NCBI RefSeq assembly: GCF_009914755.1
Contig: NC_060929.1
From: the human T2T-CHM13v2.0 reference genome, Homo sapiens
Length of the DNA stretch: 64,000 bases
Reading direction: 5' to 3' (one strand)
Shown: positions 45,900-57,823 of the stretch, in pieces
Position numbering within the stretch: position 1 is the first letter of the stretch
Layout of the letters: every line of letters starts with the position of its first letter
The notes under the pieces: model-generated
What the model saw: the letters and a program-made list of their open reading frames with translations, nothing else
Databases searched by the model: none
Told to the model about the DNA's origin: nothing
Position numbers and translations under genes: made by a program

Positions 45900-46080
45900 T
45901 GAAAGTTCAGATACTTCTGATTTAATCTAGGTCTAGCCCACCCCATCACAGATGAGGAAAAGATGTCTCCAGAATAGTAAAGTGACTTGCTCAAGTTAAC
46001 AGCTTAGCTGGAAACAGGCCCACAATTAGCATCTAGGTCTGTTGACTCCTAGTGCTGTCTGCTCCTTCATATTGCCTCTC
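45900..46080 (-). mobile_element. MIR
   Basis: cacagatgaggaaa...taaagtgacttgctcaagttaacagc...tctaggtctgttgactcctagtgct. Confidence 0.7.
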
Positions 46081-48202
46081 CCTTTAAATTCCTTTTCACT
46101 CGCTTAATGAGTATTGTTAGAGCCTAAAAGCCTGTGTATGTGTTGTGGTTATATTGCTGTCAGGAAAGGACAATTAGAAAATAGATCAAAGTTGTATTTA
46201 TACTTCAACTGTGAAGAAACGCAACTTGATGGTTTAAGGACGGCCTTATGCCAACAATCAATCAGGTAAGTCTGTGATGGTGCTCTTGGGGGCTGGTGTG
46301 CTCCATGGGTCATCACACTGAGCCCTACTGAACCGCTGCTTTAACAACAGAAATTTAAATAGAGGACATTTTTATGTTTTGCAGACTTATTATGTGTGTA
46401 TTTGCATATAAATATATATAATTTGCACATAATCTATAATTACAAAAACTTTTTTTTTTTTTTTGTAAAGGTCAGGACCTGATATTTTCTGAAATTGGTA
46501 GTGGTTAGGAGGTGCCTAGAAACAAAAGACAATCATCACTTAGCCAAATTGCTTTGGGGCATGGACCAAGGGGGCGTGGAAACCAGCAGGGAAATATAGA
46601 TCAGATTGGGATCAAGTGAAACATTTGAGTTTTCCAGGTAAACATATCACAGGGCCTTGAAAATAAATTTTAAGAAGATAATTTTACATTGTATTTATTT
46701 GTCTGAAATGCTTTGGAACTGATCTCTAACAGGAATGCTTTCAGACCTACACAAACATATCACTTGCAAAATTTAGACTCTTATAAAACACAAAAGGTGT
46801 TTATGAAGTTGAATATAAACTGCAGAGTTATCAAAAACTATCCCCCAAGGCACGTTAGTTTTTAACTGTAAATCAGAATTCAAGGGAAGGTGTAAAACAG
46901 GGAATGCAGAGATGTTTCTTCCTTGCTCACAATGCCCCTGGAGTCCAACATCAGATCCATGCTGCAGCAAACTCTCCATCAGAAGGGCCAGCCAAGGAGG
47001 AGGGTGCTTTACTATATGAATAGACCAGACTGTCTCAAAGAGATTAGCCCATGCCAGTAACAGTTCTTAGACTAAATCGCTCTATTTCAGAAGTTCTTTC
47101 TAAAACCCTTATTTCTGAATCAAAAACATGCCCTTTTATTAATTTGTATCTGTGTTCTCCTGAAATAGGAACAATTGACAAAAACCATGGTCAAGGATTG
47201 CCATGTAACACTGACTTCAATCAAGCATAGGTTCGGGAGGGTGTGTTTCATATGAATTTCTTTTCATTAGGTCATATAGCTAGCATTAGATGCTAGAAAA
47301 GTCTGCAGCTCCCATAGAGGAGGGAGATGTGAAAATCTGGTGCTGGCAATGATGGCAACTTGCCATTCTGACAGAATTGCACAATCAGCTTCCAGGACAC
47401 GTTTCACCAGTTTATTTTAGGAACCAGTGAGCTACACTAGAGGGCAGACTAACCTAGACCTTTTTATTCCCTTCCAATGAGAGTCTAATCCATTGTGTCT
47501 GACATGAAGCATTACAGAAATAGAATCCTACAAGTGAATAAAACTGTGACACTGTTTCATTATCGTTGATGAGGATTGTGCCTCAGATGGTTTCTCCTTA
47601 TTTAACTTTGTACTGAGGGCATTTAATATCTTAAATACTTAATTTAGAGAAGGTTTAAGGAAAACAAAACAAAAAGCCTGTGAAAATAGTGGAGGGTGTA
47701 CGATTATTACAGCTATGTTATTGCAAAGACAAGCATCACTGTGAGAGTGTGATAATGACCAGGAACACACAGAAACCTTCTCCAGAGGAACATGAAATCT
47801 ATAAGACATTGTCACAGTGAGATAAATTAGATCCATAATGGCAATTTTTGCTTAGTATGGTGCTTTGTAATTTCTCATTTTTAAAACTATGAAATCTCAT
47901 TTTCTTTTCTTTTGTGTGACTGTGAAGCAGTCTAAGGGTCAAGAGGACAAGCTGTGTGGAAATGGGTTATCCTGGAAATAAATTCAGCATTGCTCTAGCT
48001 GGGATTGTCCTATACCACCTTGGAATCTTTAGTCCTTTTAGTGATTTTAGGATGTGGTGGAGGAGAGGGGTATGGAATTTTCAGGATTGTCATTGGGCAT
48101 AGATGTTGTCATGAAACTGGTTGATTGACACAACTGCCCACTAGTCATTCTTTTAAATTATCCAACTCACGGGTGTAAGAAATAAATATTTTTCATAGCT
48201 AG

Positions 48203-48674
48203 TGTATTAATCAAGATTCTTCAGCGATAAAACCAATAGTATATTTATTTATTTATTCATTCATTTTAAAGAATTGGCTGATGTGATTATGGAGACTGAG
48301 AAGTCCCAAGATAGTAGTAGTCAGCAAGCTGGAGACCCAGAGAGTCAATGGTATAATTCCAGTCTGAGTTCAGAGGCCTGAGAACCAGGAGAACTGGTGG
48401 TGCAAGTTCCAGTCTGAATTAGTTTAAACGCAATAGAAGATCCGTATCCTAGTTCAAAGACAGTTAGGCAGAGAGAGCATGCAAATTCTCCCTTACTCAA
48501 AGGATTGGGTGAGGCCCACCCATATTGGGTAGGGCAATCTACTTTACTCAGTCTACCAATTCAAATGTTAGTTTCATACAGAAGCATCCCACAGACACAA
48601 CCAGAACAGTGTTTGACCAATTATCTGGGCACGTAATGGCCTAGTCAAGTTGACACATTAAATTAGCCATCACA
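48203..48674 (-). mobile_element. MLT2 (MLT2C/D-like) ERVL solo LTR
   Basis: aagaattggctgatgtgattatggagactgagaagtcccaagat...agtcaagttgacacattaaattagccatcaca. Confidence 0.85.
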
Positions 48675-49219
48675 GTTAATCTCTTGTTTGTGTTTACTTT
48701 GTGCTTACAGATTATAAATCACTTTCATAAACATTATCTCTTTGTCCTCACTACAAGCTAGGTAGGGCAAATTTTCATTAACGTTATCACAAGGGGTTAT
48801 TATGCATAAGTAATTATTAAGACACTGAATGGTCTTCATGTCTTTTATGAAAATGAAGCATAGAAAGATTTTGCAACTTGAGTAACAAGCAATTTGTATT
48901 ACTTCTTTCAACTCTTAGTCCTAGGCTCTTTTGACTACATTTTACATTTATTTCAAAGTCTAAGCAACGATAGCTACAGCAACTGCCAAATCTCCAAAAG
49001 ATGAATATTCTGACATACAATGTAAAAATTTCCCTTGCCAAATTTGTCCTGTGTTAAAATATACATAGTGCACCTGTAGTAGGCTTGGCACATTAAAATA
49101 AATGCAACTTGAAGTCAGTGGTGGCAGGGGTTAAAGTGGGCAAGAAATAAATGGAATAAGTATGTCAGTATAATTAATAATCACAGAACTCCAGAATGCT
49201 CCCTGCTCAAAGACTTCTT

Positions 49220-49271
49220 CCCCGTTAATGATTCAGATTTGTCAGCCCCGTTAATGATTCAGATTTGTCAG
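49220..49271. repeat. Perfect 26-bp tandem duplication
   Basis: ccccgttaatgattcagatttgtcag x2. Confidence 0.95.
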
Positions 49272-49753
49272 AGATTTCCTTTTGTTTGTTACTTTTTCCA
49301 GACAGCATTGCCTCGCCCCCAAATAAAACAACCTGAGACATATAGCACATTAAGGTTATTGGATGTTTTCATTTGGTGACCAGGGACATCAGGGCACTTT
49401 AGCCACTCTGAGAGCAGAGTGATAAAAAGGGACAAAGAGCCCAGAAAGGAGAAAGGGAAGGAAAGCTGACTTGGACAGATTTATTTACGCTCTTGATATT
49501 ATGACTATAGACTAGCCATCAAGACAATAATGTTAACTCACTAATTCATGTAAATTATTTCTTCATCCTGTGAGAGTTCACTGGAGTCACATCTTACTTA
49601 GGGACAAGATCTAAATTTACCATGTAAGGCAAAAATCACATACAACCAAAATCACCCTTGAAAACCTTAAATCACCATTGAACTAAAGTGTACAGGGCTC
49701 TATAACTGTGTTTAACAATTTTTTTTTGTTATATAATGTATAGCATGTAATAA

Positions 49754-50067
<314 letters not shown>

Positions 50068-50818
50068 CAAGATTTTTTAAATACAGTTTTATACCAGAAA
50101 TACATATTTTGAAACAGTAGAGTCATACTGAGCATGGCATGATGCTCACATTATAAGGGACACATTAACTGTGGCTAACTGAAGATCTCATTTCCCATCT
50201 TCTCTTATTCCATGGCCTATATTCATTTAGTAGAATGGCAGGCTGAGTTGCAAGGTAATTCTTTCTTTTAATTATTTATTGTGACACAATTTGAGACTTA
50301 CTGAAAAGTTGCAAGGACAGCACAAAATTCCCAGTGTTAACATTTTAACCACATTTGCTTTATTCTTTCCTCTTTCTCTCTCTCATGTCCTTTTATAGCC
50401 TATTTTCCCTCATTTGTGCATGTATTATTAAATTTGCATATTTTAAATGTACAAATGATGCAAACTTACTCTAACTACATCTCAGAGGAATTATGAAATT
50501 GGTTTAATCAATGTTGCTGTGCATTAGGAGCTGATAAAAATGGATAAATATGAGTTAAGTGAAATAAAGATGTCCAAAATGTTGACCTGGCCAAGCAAAA
50601 TGAATCCTAGCAACAGTAAAGAATAAAAACAGGCACTTCACTAAGGATGCTGTGTGGACCGAATTATGAAAATCATCACTAAACCAGAATAAAGTCTGCC
50701 TTTTGGTAATTTGCATCACTAATGTGCTATTACACTCTAGTGGTTTTTTTTTAACATACAGATGAGAGTGACATGTATGATCTCATGAATAATTCAAAGA
50801 TTCACTGCAAGTTCTCAC

Positions 50819-50873
50819 CTCTGGTTTCTATTGTTCCTCGGCAGAGAAGGACGGCTTTCAGTTAGTGTCGGAG
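50819..50873 (-). pseudogene. Candidate fossil exon (55 nt, PTLTESRPSLPRNNRNQ)
   Basis: ttcttccag| ... CAGAG|gtgaga; three CpGs in a CpG-poor context; phase 1-2. Confidence 0.4.
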
Positions 50874-51619
50874 CTGGAAGAATTGTCACCATGCAATATT
50901 ATTGTTATTAACATTTTGCCAGTGATTATTGTGATTACAAGTGATTATTCTTACAACTAATTATTAAGATCCTGTATTATCTGGTCTTCAAACACCAAGA
51001 CACAACTCATGCATTTCAAAACATAACTCACTGCATCTTAATGTATGTTAGCCAGTGGGGCTGGTTAGTAAGTTACTACCTGATGGAGAATTTGACTATG
51101 TTTGTGTCCTTGTACAGGCTTAGCATGTAAATTACACTTTCTTAAACAATTCGTTTCAGATTATAGAAAATGCTAAAACACTTTTGATAGCATAGTAAGA
51201 AATATCCAAAAGAAAAGGGAACCCCAGTGAATGAAACAAGTCAATTGAAATCTACTGCATCTCTAGAAATAATAGTTTGCCAGCTGGTTGCCTTATGGTT
51301 TTAATGATATTCTCACAGTATAGTTCCCAAATCTGAGTACTTATCAATAATCTCCAGGACTTCCTTTGTTTGTAGAACATATCATTTTATTTCAGTTAGC
51401 ATGTCTCACCCTTATCCCCCTCAAAAATTAAAAAAAAAGTCATTGGTTGTTCCGTAGCTTACAGAGAAAGTAGCTTTTCAAATGAATGTCTAGGGAATGT
51501 TGAGGAACACCAGCTTCTTGCTCTTCTCTATTACATAACAACGCCTTTGGGCATATAAGTAGTGGAACTGCAATAAATGTTATGAACAGAAGAAAATGCC
51601 TATTGTGATTATTGCGCAG

Positions 51620-52330
51620 CACTGGCATATTGTGGAAGAGACTTGTGGCAAGCTAAAAACATAGAAGCAGAGGACATAGGTCTTGGCACTGGATCTACCA
51701 TTTGTTAGCAGCATAACCTTTAGAAAATCCCCCAAGAGAAAGCGGGAGAGAAATAAACATCTTTTATGGAGTATTTACTGGGGCAAGAATTTAGTAAAAG
51801 TCATGCCATTTAATCCACATAATAGTTGCAGAGATAGATGTTGTTAGCTGCATGTTATCCATGCGGAAACTGAAACTCAAGGAGGTTAAGTCACCTGCCA
51901 AAATTCATAGAGCAGAGTATATGGTGGAGGGTGGGCTACTGTAATGGTTAAGATCATGGTCTCTGAGTCAGACAGAAAGAGGGTCAAATTCTGCATCCGG
52001 GTGCCATCACTTATGGGCTGGGTGTCCTGAAGCAAGTTATTGATAAGCTTTATTTTTCTTATTTCTAAAATGGGAATATATTTCTATTTCTATCTCATAA
52101 GGTTGTTTTAAGCTGTAACTAAGATATTGTACGTAACTGCTTACCTCAGCACCTGATTTTATTGTTTAATCCTTTAGTTATATTATTTTACAGAATAACT
52201 GAAGGTTTTCAAGCCCAAAAGCCTGCATTGTCTCAGTTTTGCCAACTAAAAAAGGAAGATAAAAATAATGGCTCTCCTCTCCTTCCATATTATACGAGAA
52301 TTACAGGACTAGTGAAATAATGAGAGGAAA
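51620..52330. mobile_element. Cluster of MIR fragments in both orientations
   Basis: ggaaactgaaactcaaggaggttaagtcacctgcc (-); ggttaagatcatggtctctgagtcagac...tctaaaatggg (+). Confidence 0.65.
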
Positions 52331-53030
52331 GTATCTTGCAAGTGGATGTGTGTGCACGTCTTTACAATTGCTCTGAACTTGTTTCTTGTAGGTCTTGAGT
52401 CTCCAGATACAATGTAAGCTACTGGAAAACAGAGGTCATATTTTCACTTCTGCTGAATGCTACATTTCTAATTCAGATTTCTGAAACATGAAGTGCCCAA
52501 TAAACCCTAATACAGTAACTCTTACAATCATTTATTAGCAGCACTTTCACTCAAATTAGAAACTGTTTTTGTGTTTATTATTTTTTTATGGAAAGCCATA
52601 TAATCCATTTTGTCTTATATAGAATGAGGGTATTATTGAGACCCACGAATGCTACTAGAGTCCAGCAATCACATTTTTATGATATTATAAATCTCCCTCT
52701 TCCATGTGTCGTGAATATTGTTCCTAGCAACAGAAATAATTTTAAAGGGGCATGTTACCATTTTTAATACCCACAGGTGTTTCATTCTTAAACCCCTTTC
52801 TTGCCCACATTAATTGCTACCCTTATCCAGTACTGAAATAAATGCATATTAATTTTTAGTGTTGTTTATTTTATTTCTGCAGGTGTGTATTAATTTCAGA
52901 GTTCAGCTAAGCCTGTCTAGACCTTAAATGCCACCAGATCTCTTAAGCACACATTTATTTTTTATTGTTTTTGTTACATTCTTTATTATCAGAATTCATG
53001 AGTGTAGTTTTTATAAAGCTTGTTACTTAC

Positions 53031-53271
53031 CCTGAAGACTGGATTTGAACGTGCCGTTCTGGTTGGCTGAGTAAATGGAGATTTAATTACAGATATTTAA
53101 TTGCTTATTATGAACTTGATGGACTGGAACTGAATGAGCCCTTCTTCCCCATTTTCTGCCTTCATCTCCACTACACGAACTCATCGTGGGCTGGCTGCTA
53201 TTCTGTACAACTTTCATTACCAACTTATGGATCGTCACTCCTTCGAGTTCAGTGTAAAAATTTATGTATGT
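53031..53271 (-). pseudogene. Candidate fossil exon (241 nt, 80 codons with one TAA)
   Basis: ccctgttattgtcag| TYINFYTELEGVTIHKLVMKVV...RRAHSVP...CN*ISIYSANQNGTFKSSLQ G|gtaagt; phase 0-1. Confidence 0.45.
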
Positions 53272-53984
53272 CTGACAATAACAGGGGGTAGTCTCTAGCT
53301 TTCTTAAAATAAATGAAGGAGGAATATTTTATTTGAAAATAGAAAATGAGGTTAAGCTTAGGAGAAATAAATTCATGAACTAGCATGAGAGATAATCTTC
53401 AATTTGAAGAAAGCCTGATTGGAGTTTAGAAAACAGAAAGTGTATTCCCGGATTCAAGTAAAATGTAGAAGAAAATGCAATTCTAATATGTAGCTATATT
53501 TATTCTCTTAAAAGTCAAATACAAAATGGGGTATAATGGAATAGAGGAAGTTTAGTCGTACTAGGACATACGAGAACATGTAAAAAACTAACAGTGATTG
53601 ATTAAAGTTTGGTTACAGTTCCCTTTCACATTATTTTTTGATGCAATGTTTTGAAGAAAACTATAATACAGACTTACCAAACTTAATTTTAGTCAAAAAC
53701 TTTTTTTTTTTGCGCTAGACATATGTTTATCCTGCTGTATAAATAAACTTAAAATGCTTATGTGATCTTGCTGGTGGATCAGCATTTTAATCTGAAGGAT
53801 TTTGTTATTAAGTTTTCACTTCAAATGAGAGCAGGTATTCGTATTTGTACTTAGAATTTGGGTATTGTTTATGTTGGTATGAGAGTAGGGAGTTTAAAAA
53901 AGCTGGTTCCAGCAAAATTGTCTTAATCAATATGACTCCTAATGTAGTGCCAAAAATATTGTAAATTTACAAATAGTTTTTTAC

Positions 53985-54829
53985 TTTAGGTGTTCCTTGA
54001 GTATTATGTAATGTTGTTGTTCCTTTTCGCGGTCAGGGATAATAGGCTGTGTGGAGGTTTCCTTTATGAGAAAATTTGTCTCCTCCCCTTGCCCCTCGCC
54101 CTGGTATGTCCAAGAATCCTTCAGGATGCTAACTCATGTTTTCTAAAGGGTAACCTCTGGAGCTGGATCCAACCTCAGCTAGGTCCGTGCACCCATGAGG
54201 CTGGAGAACTCCACAATCATCTTTAAAGTAGTTGTTTCAGATGGAGCTACTAAAGTAGACCTCAGCTCAAATCCAGATGGTCAGGGAATTGTCCTGCTTT
54301 CACCACTGTGGCCACTTCTAATATTGAAGAGCATCGCTGCTTCCTGTTACACCCAAAGTGCTGATGCTGGGGCTGAGTTTTCTGTTCCAGTGGTTGTCAC
54401 TGAGGCTAGTGCAAATTCCTCTCTTGGCTGCAGTAGTTCAAGGAGATGATACTGGCCTAGGGCAGCAGTGTAACTCTTTGATTTCATTACACAACCACAT
54501 TCTCAGCATACAAGCTGGCTCCCTCTTGGCTGCTGAAATATGTTCTGGGGTTCAGTAGTTCAGAAATGTGGAACTTCCATCCCACCTTGACCTCCCTACT
54601 GATACATGGTTAGATGTTATCCCCTCTCTTGGTGATTTTATTTCAGGACTTTCATTGCCCTTCTTTGCCACTTGTCCTTTGTCAGGAGTATCCCATTTCA
54701 CTCTGTTAAATTTCAATAAGATGAATCTTTTGAAACTTTATGAAGATTTACCAACTTCTGTCCACTTACCAACTGGAAGAAGGACAGAAGATTTACCAAC
54801 CTCTGCCCTTCAAGATCTCTATCCAGCAC
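53985..54829 (-). pseudogene. Candidate large decayed exon (alternative internal donor gives 54770-54829)
   Basis: ctgatattttgtag| acceptor; GC-elevated, non-repeat, coding-like block in AT-rich flanks; several stops; weak donor AAA|gtaaaa. Confidence 0.3.
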
Positions 54830-55828
54830 CTACAAAATATCAGTTCTGCCTCCCTGGATTTTCCTCTGTAAATGTTTTCATTGAAGCAACTGTTTTCATA
54901 AAATATATTCTATTTCATGAGCATTTGAATTTATGAAATTATAGTATTTTTGGTTTTCAGATCATGGACAAGATTCGAGTTAAAGTTACCTGAAAGTGTA
55001 GTAACTTAGTATAAATGATTTTCATTTTAAAAACCTAGTACAGTTTTAAAAAAACTTAATTTGTCTCATTGAACAAATTTTGTAATTTTTCCACAAAAAG
55101 AAGAAACATTCATAAAAATATGTTGATTTATATTTGAGGTAACATCTTTAGTTATTACTACACATTTTCTTTCTCACTTCCTATGAGGGTAACAAAAAGA
55201 ATTTAAACAGTACTCACAATATTTAACACTGCTTTTAACCTTTGAAAATTCAGATATACACAATAAACTTTAAAAAATAGCTCTGCATTACTCATGGTCT
55301 ACTGGGCACAAACCCAAAACCAGTTGACGGACTTCACCTATCCAGTTTGGGATGTAAAGGAATTGTAGACTGAGACATGGAAGGGGGCTCTGAATGTGGT
55401 GGGCTGGAGCAAATGGGTTGAAGTATGCAACATCATGGTGACTAAGGGTAAAGATATAAACACTTTCCTTCTTGTGCTATCCTAAAGGACAGATGGAAAG
55501 CTATTTGGATATAAGACAAAAGATACACCTAACTGTCACAAAAATATTCAACAGTATTTTCTGAGTGTGGGGAACAGGAAAACATTTTCTGTTTCATCTT
55601 TGACCCATCCTTAAAGAGTATCATGACAATGATTAGAGCATACGATGGGCAGTCAATGGCTGAAAAGTCCTGGGACATTCTCAGTACATTGGGGTTACAG
55701 TTGGTGATCAGCAAATACAAGCAAAGTCAGTATTAAGGACAGCACTTTTTATTAAACTAAAGCAGATTAAAAATGTATATGCTTTCTTTCTCTTGAATAA
55801 TACTTTTATAAAGAATTATCTGCCAGAC

Positions 55829-56058
55829 CCTTTGAGGGAAGGAAACATCAAGCATTCCATTATCTCAGGGATTATTTTGAATGATCAATTCAGTCAATTT
55901 GTTGGAGATATCAGCAGGGGAAGGAGGTCGACCTTCACTATATCCAGTTCCTATTGGTGGATATGTTATCGTGGACTCAGAATAATGGGAGTGATTTGCA
56001 ACTCATATTTCTTCAACTCTGCACTTGGATGCAATTTTAGCTGATTACTCTTGGCTCT
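55829..56058 (-). pseudogene. Candidate fossil exon (230 nt, three stops)
   Basis: ctgtcag| ...SESTITYPPIGTGYSEGRPPSPADISNKLTELIIQNNP*DNGMLDVSFPQR |gtctgg; phase 1-0; donor weak. Confidence 0.3.
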
Positions 56059-56189
56059 CTGACAGCCCAACACGTCAAAGTCACAGCCATGGGAATGAAA
56101 TCCCATCATTTTTTAGTAGGATGAGGTCCCTTATAATTGTTTAGTCCAGCACTTTTATTTTAGAGCTAAGACCCATACAAATGACTGGT

Positions 56190-56430
56190 AACAAGAATAA
56201 TAATAGCCAATGTTTATGGGCATTGTGTTAAAGCAAATAACATTTATTATTTCATTTAATCCTCATGACAATCCTGTGAGGTAGGGACTGCAATCCCCAT
56301 TTTGTAGTGATAAAGTCACAAATGCATTAAGAAACTTGCCCAGAGTCAAGTTATTAATAAGTGCAAAGTGAAATTTGATCCCAGTAGTCTGGCTTCAAAG
56401 GCCAGACTTAACTACTGCACCTTACCACCC
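56190..56430 (-). mobile_element. MIR
   Basis: tttcatttaatcctcatgacaatcctgtgaggtaggg...ccccattttg...aacttgcccagagtca. Confidence 0.8.
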
Positions 56431-57390
56431 TTTTATTTTAAAAATCAAATTACTTAGAAAATATTAATAACAGTTTAGTAGTACTGCATCCTAGATTTTC
56501 TGCTTCCCAGCCCTCTGAAATTAATGAATTGCATTGAACAATGGTGATAGCCACTGACTTTTAATATATTCAGTCATATATATGTATACACAGACGTACA
56601 TTCACGCACAAACATACACACATACGTACGCACATGTATACTCTCTCCCTCTCTCTCACACACATACACTTGTATAACCAGTAGTGCCTACTTCATTGTC
56701 CTGCTCCTTTCTCATTTCACCAGTATTTAAAGATCTTTGCTGGGAGCTTAATTTACTCAACCTTAGGAACTTTGTACAACCCTTTTATCTAAGTAGCTGC
56801 AAACTAGCAGCATCTTTCTGTCCTTTCCCAGTCCAATTTCCACATACGAGTTATCTTTTCATTTTTTCCCGTTTAAACAAAAGGCTGTTTCTCCTCTGTA
56901 TTTCCCTATTGAAGAATTATTCTCCTCCAGTTCAAACACAAATAAATTCCACACCTTGCTAGTATCTCCAGGAATTGATTAGATGCTTTTTGTCTTACTT
57001 TTGAGCTTATCATACAGAAAAGTGCATGAACATATGACCTTCACAGATTAATTACCATGCAACGAAGCCACACAGGTCAAGAAATCAAACACTGCCACCA
57101 TGGAAAAGCCCTTTTTGGGGACTCTCCCTCATTATAAGCTCCTACCTCGCAAAAGGCAAACTCTGTCCTTGAGGTTGTGTTAATTATTCCCTGGATTCTT
57201 TTTTTAACATATAGTTTTACCAGCCATGTATGCATACATTGGGTTTAATTTGATCAATGTAATCTTTGTTTTTTCTCTTTTCTTTGTCTCCTACGTGATG
57301 TCTTATGTTCTTTATTTTGTCACCTTCATATTTCCAGTACAGAAACCCATTAATTAACCTTTCTGTGGTGCATATATCTTTTCTTTTTAA

Positions 57391-57823
<433 letters not shown>

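Noticed and set aside
53031-53160. Alternative frame VRVVEMK...TARSNPVFR resembling a C2 domain
   Set aside because: Only superficial similarity; needs a frameshift and breaks phase with the next candidate exon.
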